From Promethearchaeota archaeon (GTDB lineage: Archaea; Asgardarchaeota; Lokiarchaeia; Sigyniarchaeales; SOKP01): DNA of 64,000 bases. The position numbers and the translations under genes are program-made. Below, one piece after another: positions 52,656 to 61,997 of the stretch. The stretch lies in the NCBI GenBank assembly GCA_016839555.1, contig JAEOUA010000008.1, positions 160,001 through 224,000 of the forward strand, given 5' to 3'. The notes beneath the pieces are model-generated. The model worked only from the letters and a program-made list of their open reading frames with translations. It was not told the DNA's origin and did no database searches. The first letter of the stretch is position 1. Each line of letters begins with the position of its first letter.

Positions 52656-54497
52656 TTAGTATGTATAAAGATGTAGTTTAAATTTTGCTCTTGAACCTCC
52701 AATATATTTATCTCTCTTTAAATCTACTGATGTGTTTTTATTTAACAATAAGAAAACGATATCTCGTTCCAAACCTTTAAACCCTTGTATTGTTTTAAAG
52801 AGAGTCAAATAGTCTCCATTAATTTGTAGTCTCTTTCTTAATAAGGGGAGCTCCCTAATTTTATTGGGTTCTATGATGATAATCCTATTTACTGTACCTT
52901 GATCTTTCAGATAATAAACTTTATAGTACGAAAACTGTTGTCTGTATGCATTAGGTAAAATTTTATTCAATTTTTCATTTGAAAGAATTAAAATTTGGTC
53001 ATCCTTAATTCCATTATTCAAATATTTTTTCTTAATATATGCAATTGAATAGTGAAGAGCTTTTTTTCCAGAAGAGAAATGTTTTGCGCTCACTTTTAAT
53101 CCATTAATTTCAGAATAAGAAGAATAATTACCCAAATGTGTAGCATTTTTTATCCATTTTCCTATTTCAACCGTATTTCTGAGATTTTTATCTAATACAA
53201 TTAAATCTTGATCAGGGTTCATTCCAAATTGCGTTGAAATAAATTTATTAGTAAAAAGATTTTGAGATTCATCAAAAAAGATATATAGTATTGATTTTTT
53301 CTGATTTTTGAGCATTCTTCTAATAAGTGATGCAAGATCCGGATGAATATCCTGGGCTTCATCTATTAAAATTGCATCATAAATTTGTATTTCTGAAATA
53401 TCATCGAGGTTTTCGTTTAAAATATTTGCACTTTTTTCGAATTGAAAATTATTATTAAAGAAATATAATTGCTGCAAATCTTTCCCCCCTAGTAATGCTT
53501 TAGCAAGAATTTTTATAAGACTATGCAAAGTTAATATCGATATTTTTGTGGCCAATTTATCTGAATCAATATTTAATTTTTCGCATAGATACGATTCAAT
53601 TGAATCTCTCAATTCTTTATTAAAGCATAAAAAGAGAGTTTTTTTATCTTCTTTATATAATTGTATAGCTTTTTTCATTGCTATAAAAGTTTTTCCCGAA
53701 CCCGCGCTTCCTTTGAACATGCAATGCTTTTTCTGAGAGAGGGATGTTAACAAATAATCTTGAACTTGATTTAACTTTTCTAACTGTTGTTCTCTGATTT
53801 CATAGTAATGTTTTATATTTACATAAGTATTTATAGAAGGTGTGATAAGTTTTAAGAAAAAGGGTTTTATATTGGGATTAAAAACTCGATTGTTATAGAC
53901 CTCTAATAACGAAATTAAATAGTCTTCAAGTGGAGAAGGACCTATTTTCCCTATTCGTTTCCAATTATTTTCATCCTCTAAATCAGAGTAATCAAAAATT
54001 TTTGAAGGGGGTAAAGAGAGGGAAAAATCGTCTTTTATTTGGCAATCGGGAAAGAAGCACCCACAATTATAAGAAAGTGGAAAATCTAATCGCCCATTAA
54101 CATTTTTTAATAAATGGTTTTTATCAGCATTCTGGGAAGCTTTATTGATATATAAGTCTTTAATAAAATACATTGATTTCTGAGCTTGCCGTAATGGATT
54201 TGCTTTAAGCTGATGTTTTCTATTTGAAAGTAGTTCCCTTGAGTGATAACGATTATTTTCGAAAGTGATTAAGCCACCTTTTGCCTCGATTATCAAGAAG
54301 CCATAATTCGCATTAAAAATAAGAAAATCTGCCTCTCCGTGCTCTTTTCTTAAATCGCTTGCCCATTCGATTGAGTGCCATGCATACCAATCATTACTTA
54401 AATCATCCAACAAGGTATAAAATTTGATTTCTGATCTTGGTAGGTTTTTACTTCGTTGTTGTAATTCTTGTAATGTTTCTGGATATTTATGTACCAT
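52656..54497 (-). CDS. NERD nuclease + UvrD/SF1-like helicase fusion
   Basis: GEADFLI..IIEAKGG; GSAGSGKT, DEAQD, NLRNT, FKGLE, SRA. Confidence 0.92.
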   Translation of the reverse strand: MVHKYPETLQELQQRSKNLPRSEIKFYTLLDDLSNDWYAWHSIEWASDLRKEHGEADFLIFNANYGFLIIEAKGGLITFENNRYHSRELLSNRKHQLKANPLRQAQKSMYFIKDLYINKASQNADKNHLLKNVNGRLDFPLSYNCGCFFPDCQIKDDFSLSLPPSKIFDYSDLEDENNWKRIGKIGPSPLEDYLISLLEVYNNRVFNPNIKPFFLKLITPSINTYVNIKHYYEIREQQLEKLNQVQDYLLTSLSQKKHCMFKGSAGSGKTFIAMKKAIQLYKEDKKTLFLCFNKELRDSIESYLCEKLNIDSDKLATKISILTLHSLIKILAKALLGGKDLQQLYFFNNNFQFEKSANILNENLDDISEIQIYDAILIDEAQDIHPDLASLIRRMLKNQKKSILYIFFDESQNLFTNKFISTQFGMNPDQDLIVLDKNLRNTVEIGKWIKNATHLGNYSSYSEINGLKVSAKHFSSGKKALHYSIAYIKKKYLNNGIKDDQILILSNEKLNKILPNAYRQQFSYYKVYYLKDQGTVNRIIIIEPNKIRELPLLRKRLQINGDYLTLFKTIQGFKGLERDIVFLLLNKNTSVDLKRDKYIGGSRAKFKLHLYTY

Positions 54498-54604
54498 TAA
54501 AAACGCCTAACATTTAATTTCTTGCTATATATAATTATATTCTAACCCTTCTATTTAAATGAAAAACTCCTATTAATTAGTAATTTAATGATTATTCTTG
54601 GATA

Positions 54605-54755
54605 CGCAGCACCCCCATTTACATAGGGAAGATTTTTTCCCTAAAATTTTAAAGAAAGAATTCTTCATATTACCCCTGCATACATAGGGAAAAGCAAATA
54701 TACTATTTTTTTTCGTTCTTTAAATACGCTACACCCCTATATGCATAAGGAAAAA
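54605..54755 (-). CRISPR. Orphan degenerate type I-E-like mini-array (3 repeats, 2 spacers)
   Basis: 29-nt units at 54605, 54666, 54727 (exact 61-bp period, 32-nt spacers); minus strand reads TTTTTCCTTATGCATATAGGGGTGTAGCG / CTTTTCCCTATGTATGCAGGGGTAATATG / ATCTTCCCTATGTAAATGGGGGTGCTGCG, each with a 7-position stem and 4-nt loop. Confidence 0.7.
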
Positions 54756-54914
54756 ACTATAATTTTTATTAGAATTACCAATTACACTATACATTTTAGT
54801 TATTTTTAATCTCAGTATTTGGATGAGCGGAAACTTCATTGTTTATATTTATATAAATCTATGTTTTTTTATTAGAAAAAGACTATTTAAAAATCGGGTT
54901 TTTAATATAAAAAA

Positions 54915-55011
54915 GAGTGATTAGAGTGTCTTCCGTCGCAAGGAATCAATGTAAAGAGTTAGAAGTTTTTACATCTGCGTATTATGTGCTCTGGACACTC
55001 TATGAACACTC
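54915..55011 (+). ncRNA. Candidate structured RNA (multi-branch fold)
   Basis: Closing stems GAGTG/CACTC and TAGAGTGTC/GACACTCTA; inner TTCC/GGAA and ATGTAAAGA/TTTTTACAT; TATA-like TTTAAAAA ~25 nt upstream. Confidence 0.35.
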
Positions 55012-55019
55012 CCCTTATT

Positions 55020-55259
55020 CTACCGTTTATCGGAGAATAAGATAATGACAAAAGCTAAGCTTGTGTCATTTAGTTGTAATACTAAACGAGCAATCATACT
55101 TTTGTCCTCCCTTTCGGTATCATTGAAATAAAAAACTTCGCCATACTTCAAAGAAGGTCTATACATAAAATCGTCTATTATCGTGTTCATTTTTGCAACT
55201 TCTACATCGCTGTTATGTGTCTTTCTTACTGAATTGTCGAAATTGAGGTTTATTTGCAA
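55020..55259 (-). CDS. Small hypothetical protein
   Basis: TTG start with GAGGT SD upstream. Confidence 0.5.
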   Translation of the reverse strand: MQINLNFDNSVRKTHNSDVEVAKMNTIIDDFMYRPSLKYGEVFYFNDTEREDKSMIARLVLQLNDTSLAFVIILFSDKR

Positions 55260-55508
55260 TGTAAAAACCTCTTATTAATAATATAGAGAAAAAATATTTA
55301 ATTTTATTTGAAAATAATTAATTTCACCACTATTCCAAATAAAGATTAGACCTAGTCTATAATTTCCTTGATAAAGAAGTATTCTCTAAGTTTTCTAATG
55401 AAATTAATGATTTTAGATATTTCTTAAAGAAGAAATTTTTTCCTTTTCCATTTATTCTAAATTTTTATATTTATTTTTAAATTATAACATGAAATTTTGA
55501 GGAGAAAA

Positions 55509-56084
55509 ATGTCAACAGAAGGATTAATTGGGATTATATATAGCCGATTAAATATGAAGAATAAGCCCAAAACCCTTGAGAATTTCATAGGAACTTATGT
55601 ATCCAGTTTAGCGTTTACGTCAAGTTTAGGTCATGAAGTTGTTAATTTTATTAGAAAAGTTAATGAAGATAAGCAATGGGATCTTTTCAAATATAGGATT
55701 AAGAGAATAACACCAGTAAAAGCAACAGAAGAGGCAGGGTTAGAAGAGATTATCAAGTATAGACATTATGCTGATCCATCTTGGGGTGGTAAACTTTTTC
55801 ATTGGTATGTTTTATTAGGTAAGCTTCATGGAATCCAACATTACGTGGAAATATTAAAGGGAAATTTATATCATTTAATTGATAGCTCGATATTTATATT
55901 TGATAAAAATTGCTCTTATACTTATGTACTTAATTTAGACAATTTGACATTAGAGATTTATGTAAGAAGATTTGGAACCTCTTATGGTTGTGATAATAGA
56001 TTTGCAAAAGAAGTAGGTGCGATTAAAGGTGTTTTTCCATTTGAGAAGATATCTCCCAATATTTTCCCCAAGAGTATTATTTAA
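55509..56084 (+). CDS. Hypothetical protein
   Basis: ATG after GAGGAG SD; YTYVLNLD..LEIY. Confidence 0.7.
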   Translation: MSTEGLIGIIYSRLNMKNKPKTLENFIGTYVSSLAFTSSLGHEVVNFIRKVNEDKQWDLFKYRIKRITPVKATEEAGLEEIIKYRHYADPSWGGKLFHWYVLLGKLHGIQHYVEILKGNLYHLIDSSIFIFDKNCSYTYVLNLDNLTLEIYVRRFGTSYGCDNRFAKEVGAIKGVFPFEKISPNIFPKSII

Positions 56085-56238
56085 GATGACATAATAAACT
56101 TTATTAAATTATTTTTAAAAATAAGACAAAAGTCTTAATTAATTAGCAATAATAAACTCGATAAAAATCGGAAGAAAAATTATATATTTACCATTTAAAA
56201 TTAATTTATTGAAATTATCTGTTAATGAATATTATGGA

Positions 56239-56544
56239 ATGAACAGTGAAAGTTATCATTATTATGAGAAAATTATTGTTGTAATTGCGGAATATTTGAA
56301 AATTTCGATTTATGAATTAAAAATATTGGGAATAATTAATGAGATAATAGAGGATTTAAATGATTATGGAGGGTAGGGTATTTATGAACACCTTATTGGG
56401 AATTTAACAAAGTTTTTAATTGATAATCTAAAAAAAATAGAGCGCTTAAAACCTTATTTTTCAATTCTTAAGCGTAAAATAAAAAGATCTCAAAAATTTA
56501 ATGAGGAAGCAAAAGAAATACTTTTAGATTGGATATCTTTTTAA
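56239..56544 (+). pseudogene. Small gene with in-frame TAG
   Basis: ATG 56239, TAG 56374-56376 (YGG*GIY), TAA 56544; 3' end duplicated at 35080-35217. Confidence 0.55.
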
Positions 56545-56721
56545 TATTATCTCTTTAAATTAAGAAATATAAATATGGAATAAAATAATGAGGCTGCTCT
56601 TAAATTTATACCTATTTATGTTCAGACAATATTTTCAAACTTTAAGAATGTCCATTATAGATTAGTTACAGAATTATAAGTCAATTTATTCTTTTATTTT
56701 AGTCCATACTAAAGATTTAAC

Positions 56722-57558
56722 CTAATCAATTAAGATTTCCCTATTCTCCTTTATTTTTCTCCTAGCAACAATACCTAATGATAAAAATGTTCCGTTATCG
56801 ATAAGATGAAACCACCATGCAAAAAGAAGGCCATTGGTTATAAAAACAGCAGAAAAGAGCAACCCATCAATAAAACATAATATTAAAAATTTTAGAGTGC
56901 CGAAATTAAATTTCTTAAAACCATAAAGATGGCCGATCGAGAAAATAAAGCTGGATAATGCGATATTATAAATTAAATTAAAAGATGTGATGGACGCTAT
57001 TATATTTATCAAAAAATATCTAAAAATTAGCTCCTCAAAAAATGTAGAACTGCACATTAACAAAAATAAAAAACATATATTTTGACCATTAGGATTTTTA
57101 ATTAATTGGCCTATTATTGGCAACTTTCTTGATATTGAAAACCTTTTATTATTCGATTTAAATAAGAAAAATGAAGAAATGATGATTAATAAAAGAATGA
57201 TAAAATAAAATAGTATAAAATAGTGAAATCTAAACAAATTAATATAAGAATAGTCCTCTAAAAATTTCGAATCATTGAATAAAAAAGGGGATTTTGTAAA
57301 AATAATATCTATGAGTATTAAGATGAAGATTGTTATAATTAACATATATCCTGGTAACTTTTTAATTTTGTTCTCTTTAATAATGATTCGAAATCCTGTC
57401 ATAAGTAAGATAATATTGAAAAGAATATAAGATATAAAGTTTAATAAATTATTTTTTAAAATTAAGCTAAACAAAAACATATTTATTGAAATGGAACTTA
57501 AAAGAGACAGAATATTATATAAAGATCGTTCATATTTAATTAACTTATTATTTTTCAT
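56722..57558 (-). CDS. CPBP (CAAX/Abi) intramembrane protease, paralogue of 31781-32611
   Basis: EELIFRYFLIN, FSIGH, NGLLFAWWFH; collinear with the first copy. Confidence 0.88.
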   Translation of the reverse strand: MKNNKLIKYERSLYNILSLLSSISINMFLFSLILKNNLLNFISYILFNIILLMTGFRIIIKENKIKKLPGYMLIITIFILILIDIIFTKSPFLFNDSKFLEDYSYINLFRFHYFILFYFIILLLIIISSFFLFKSNNKRFSISRKLPIIGQLIKNPNGQNICFLFLLMCSSTFFEELIFRYFLINIIASITSFNLIYNIALSSFIFSIGHLYGFKKFNFGTLKFLILCFIDGLLFSAVFITNGLLFAWWFHLIDNGTFLSLGIVARRKIKENREILID

Positions 57559-57845
57559 ATTTATTTTTCCGTTCTTTTTTCTCAATTTATTAATTTAAAT
57601 TCATGCTTTTTTTACTCTAAATGAACTTTAAAGCATGACAATAGAGAAAAGCTATTTCTCAATTTAATTTATACTGGTAAAAATTTAGATCGACTTTTTT
57701 AATATTAAAAGAATCTCAGCGATTTATTCGCTTAACAGGATTTTATTTGCCTTTATATTTAAAAAAAGGATCAGCAAGTAGAAATCTTTTGCTTTAATTA
57801 ATTTGCAAGTAACTTAATTAGTAGGCAAAATGCTGATAATTTAGC

Positions 57846-58752
57846 TTAAACTTCTCTTGAGAACCGTTCTCTAGGAAAACGAGGATTCCAATTTACCCCT
57901 GTTTGCTCACATACATTCTGAAAAATCTTTAGTATCTCTTTTCTTTTTGAATCAAACCAGAACATTAGACCTTGTTCTTTCCGTATAGTCTCTCTCCTTT
58001 CACTTCTTACATCAGAAGCAAATACATCTCGAATATCACGAAGAATGTTTACAATAATCTCGATTTTATCTCTTAAATTTTTATCTGAAAGATATGACAT
58101 TCCTTTTGAGGATGCTACTTTTTTTCCATTTCTCGTAAATAGAGTACCTGTATTAAATGCGGTTATTGTATCCTCCATTGCTTTATCAAAATCTATATAA
58201 GACCTTTCCATTATGAAGAGATCTTGAAATGCTGGGCGATCAAGGCAAGATGCAAAAAATCTAATTATCTCCTTATCTTGTTTTTTCTCTGAATCAATAT
58301 CATCTTTATAGTTAATATTAATAATAGAATGGGCAACTTGTCCACCTTTTTGATCCACTGTAGATATTTTAGACTCTTGTGAAAGATTAAAAATAAATTG
58401 TTCTACAATTTCTTTACTTGGTTTAATGCCTTTAAGGTTTTTTTTTTCGTGCTCAGCTTTAATTTCTTTTAATTTAGAAACGGTATATAAATCCAGGTCA
58501 TTATCTATTATATCGTGGTGAATAGGACACATTAAAAGTAAATTGTCAAATCCGTGTCTTTCTTCATCATTCTGGTTGCTATCATATCTTGGAGCTCCTG
58601 ATCTATTACCTTTAATATGACAGATTTCACCAGTAACTTTACCACTCTCTTCATCTACAAGATTATTTTTGCAATAAGGAAAATAACATTCATTACCTGA
58701 CACTGCAAATAATCTCTTAATTGTTTTTTGGGCGAGGATAGGTTAGGGGCAT
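57846..58752 (-). pseudogene. HNH endonuclease-domain protein with 5' homopolymer frameshift
   Basis: ATG 58752; removing one base from T6 at 58724-58729 gives MPLTYPRPKTIKRLFAVSGN, matching paralogue MILTAPRDKTKKRLFAVSGN; CYFPYC..ICHI..NLLLMCPIHH. May still be expressed from GTG 58703. Confidence 0.8.
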
Positions 58753-59113
58753 TCTTAATCATTTAAATTGCATTTTTATTCTAATTAACTAATTTCTATC
58801 CTACAATTAGTTATATTAAATAGCAATATAAATCTTTCCCTATTTTCCTTAATAATCATTTTTAAGTTTAAATGAGTTGAATTCATAACAGATTTCCACA
58901 ATTAATACATTGTTTATTCTTCTTTTTATAAGTAGTAATTATTTTTAAATTCTCTATTAAACATAATTTTAAAGAAGAATTTGTTGTTTAATATTCTTTC
59001 ATTATATTTTTTTATTTGTTTATAGAAATTAGCAAAGCATTTTTTAGGATTTCCAATAGAGATTATATGGTTGGGTTTATAAATCTACTTTTAAAAAATT
59101 ATTATTCTTTTAA

Positions 59114-59782
59114 ATGATTTGTTTAAAAATGAAAACAATAAAAAAAATAAAAGAAACAGGAATAAAAAAAGAGAATTTTCTTTCAAATATAAAGGTTCGG
59201 ATAAAAGTTATGGAAAGGATTAAGAAAGAAAGGAAAAACAAAAAGTTATATTTTGATGAGTTGTTATGGGGTATAATTCTTGAAGAGCTTGAATTGTTTA
59301 GGAATAACATTAAAAAGGGGATTTTTGACATCAAAGGGAGAAGTGATTATTTGAATGAATATAAAATGATGTGCTATTGTCGATCTAAAACAGCGTTTTA
59401 TTCCGATATCCCCTATTTTGGATTTACATTGCATTTTTCTAAAGACCAGGGGCAAGCAAAAAAAGCCCTCTCGTGGTTGCCCAAGATTGCAAAGACAGCT
59501 CTTCTCCAAATAATATTAAAACAAATTTCAAAAGAATTTCACTATCTTAGCTATATAATAGAAAAATTAGTATTAGAACCTAAAGCGAGAGATATAGTAT
59601 CTATTTGGGGTGTAATTGAACCTTTCTTCATTTTAGAATCATGGTATGCTTTTCAAACCTCGTGTATAGAGGCAGACACCGAAGACACTATAGAGATTGA
59701 ATCCCAAATATTTAAAACGCCTGTTTTTATGAGAACTGTTTTCTCGGTCATTAAATCACTTGAACAAGATAAGCTTATATAG
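59114..59782 (+). CDS. Hypothetical protein
   Basis: 222-aa ORF. Confidence 0.65.
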   Translation: MICLKMKTIKKIKETGIKKENFLSNIKVRIKVMERIKKERKNKKLYFDELLWGIILEELELFRNNIKKGIFDIKGRSDYLNEYKMMCYCRSKTAFYSDIPYFGFTLHFSKDQGQAKKALSWLPKIAKTALLQIILKQISKEFHYLSYIIEKLVLEPKARDIVSIWGVIEPFFILESWYAFQTSCIEADTEDTIEIESQIFKTPVFMRTVFSVIKSLEQDKLI

Positions 59783-60062
59783 AGAGTTGAAGGGGAATAC
59801 ACAGTACGTTTTTTTTTATATAAATGGGGAATATCATTTTTTTATTGTGCTCCCTTTCTCTCTCTTAAAAGATTCTAGCTTTCTGCTTAATAAATATATT
59901 CACTTAACATTTTCTTCTCACATTTATTTTAGTGTTGTTTATTAAATTCAAAGTGAAAAATAGGGACAATTCAAGAAAATGAACTTTCTGATTTCTCAAT
60001 TCTTTAATTCAAATAAAAAATATTTGATATAATTTATCAGAAATTTGTGCTGTAAAAGTAAA

Positions 60063-60920
60063 TTAATTATCCCAGATAGCTTCCATTTCTCTGAATCTTT
60101 TATTGAATTTCTTAACCAATTTTGTATCATTATAAAATTGATTAATAATCTTCGCTATATCAAAAAGGCTCATCTTTTGGCAATACTCCCTTGGATCAGA
60201 CACTCCTAGAGTAATCCATTTTGAGATAAAAGAAGGAGAAGCAATAAGGCTTCTTTCCTTTCTATTTATAGAAATAATTCCCTTTTGCCTTAAATAGATT
60301 AGTCTTAATTTAACAAGATACATAGGATAATTTAGGATCTGAAGTGCAGTCTTAATAGTTTGCAAGGTTGCTTTCCCCACTAACATTAAGGAAACATCAA
60401 CTATATAAGAATGAAGAAGAAACAGGGCCTCTTGACTATAATAATTTAAAGTCTGAACATTTTGATCGTAGTTTGTATAAACAGCATCTTTAGGGATTAT
60501 ATTTTTATTATTATTTTTTAAATACTTTTTCCATATAGTTATACTTCCGTGATACATTTTGTCTTCATAATAAAATGCTTTTCTAAATCCTAATTCTTTA
60601 AACATCTTCCTATAATATATAAAATCAGGAACAGAAAATAAAAAAGTCTTTTTTTTTAGGATTCTCCGAATTAATCCTGAAATATTGTTTGTTGGAATCG
60701 CTAGGTTTCTATTATGTTTATACATCTTACGTATCATTCTCTTTTTTGTCTCTAGGTCTAATCTATCAAACACAGCAGAGAGCCTAATCTCGTTTCCATT
60801 TCTAGAAATATAGCTACATTTTTCAAATTTGTCTGAAGTAAATCCGATTTTCTTGCCGAATTTACTATCAGGTTTTATTATTTCCCAATTTCTTGACGAT
60901 AAAGTCCTTTTCCCTTTCAT
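60063..60920 (-). CDS. Hypothetical protein, paralogue of 60958-61905 (shared N-terminal domain)
   Basis: DSKFGKKIGFTSDKF..SYI..ELGFRK..IWKKY. Confidence 0.75.
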   Translation of the reverse strand: MKGKRTLSSRNWEIIKPDSKFGKKIGFTSDKFEKCSYISRNGNEIRLSAVFDRLDLETKKRMIRKMYKHNRNLAIPTNNISGLIRRILKKKTFLFSVPDFIYYRKMFKELGFRKAFYYEDKMYHGSITIWKKYLKNNNKNIIPKDAVYTNYDQNVQTLNYYSQEALFLLHSYIVDVSLMLVGKATLQTIKTALQILNYPMYLVKLRLIYLRQKGIISINRKERSLIASPSFISKWITLGVSDPREYCQKMSLFDIAKIINQFYNDTKLVKKFNKRFREMEAIWDN

Positions 60921-60957
60921 TTTAATAACCTTAATAATTTATTCAGAATCCGTCTAT

Positions 60958-61905
60958 TTAAACTCCCCTCACATTCACCGAGCCAACATTACAGAACGGA
61001 GACTTTTTTGGTTCCCTATGGTTACATTCTTTAAATCTATAAGGGTTTTTTTTACTATATTTCTTGCATACTTTTCTTGCAAATGTAATACTCTTGCCCA
61101 AGCTATTACTTTCATAAAGGAGCTTTAAATAACTTCTATTAAAGTCTTGCATAGTAGAAGAATTCATAACCATTAAAAATAATTCAGCATTTGAAGATGA
61201 TTTATGAAAATCTCTAATTTCAGCTTCAGTAAAATTATTAAATAATCCAACAGGAAGCTTTACATTAAGTTTTTTATTCACTTGATATTTATTTGTTTCC
61301 AAATTCTTTTGAATAGATATCCAAAATTCCTTCTCGACACCCTTTTTTGATGGTATATAATGGCAAAACCCAAGTTCCTTTAAACTCAAAAAATTATGAG
61401 TAGAGTCTCTCTTATTGAATTCACCTTCGCAAACGTAAATGGATTCTCTTCTTGCAAACAGATATTCAATTCGTTTCCAAAGAATTAAAAATCTCTCTTT
61501 TATATTTTTTTTAGGTTTATATTTCTTCCATATTACAATCTTTCTATTTAACTCTTCATCAAAAAGATATTCCTTTCTAAACCCTAATTCCTCCAATAAT
61601 AAACCATTATATTTAGATTGCGATACTATAATATTTTTATTAAGGCTTTGAATCCTCATTATTAAACTCCTAAAATATTCTAAGGGAATATATTTAGAAA
61701 TATCTATACTATCAGAAAAGAAATAATCATCAAAACTCTTCTCTCTTACATAAGATAAAATGATATCATCACCTTTCTTGAGGATATAAGAAGCTTCATC
61801 AAACCTATCAGAAGTAAGCCCAATCTTCCTTCCAAAAGGGCTATCAACCCTTACCATCTTAAATTCTTCATCTTCTATTCTAATAGTAGTTTTTTTTATG
61901 TTCAC
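60958..61905 (-). CDS. Hypothetical protein, paralogue of 60063-60920
   Basis: DSPFGRKIGLTSDRF..SYI..ELGFRK..IWKKY. Confidence 0.75.
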   Translation of the reverse strand: MNIKKTTIRIEDEEFKMVRVDSPFGRKIGLTSDRFDEASYILKKGDDIILSYVREKSFDDYFFSDSIDISKYIPLEYFRSLIMRIQSLNKNIIVSQSKYNGLLLEELGFRKEYLFDEELNRKIVIWKKYKPKKNIKERFLILWKRIEYLFARRESIYVCEGEFNKRDSTHNFLSLKELGFCHYIPSKKGVEKEFWISIQKNLETNKYQVNKKLNVKLPVGLFNNFTEAEIRDFHKSSSNAELFLMVMNSSTMQDFNRSYLKLLYESNSLGKSITFARKVCKKYSKKNPYRFKECNHREPKKSPFCNVGSVNVRGV

Positions 61906-61997
61906 TATTTTTTTACCTAATTTTAGCTGATAATTTAAATTTGTATGTTTAAACTTCTTTATTTAAAGATGTTTCTTATAAAAAGTATATATTTTAT

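Noticed and set aside
54923-55001. tRNA gene
   Set aside because: Cloverleaf-like but no TTCRA T-loop, D-loop GG or proper 7-nt anticodon loop
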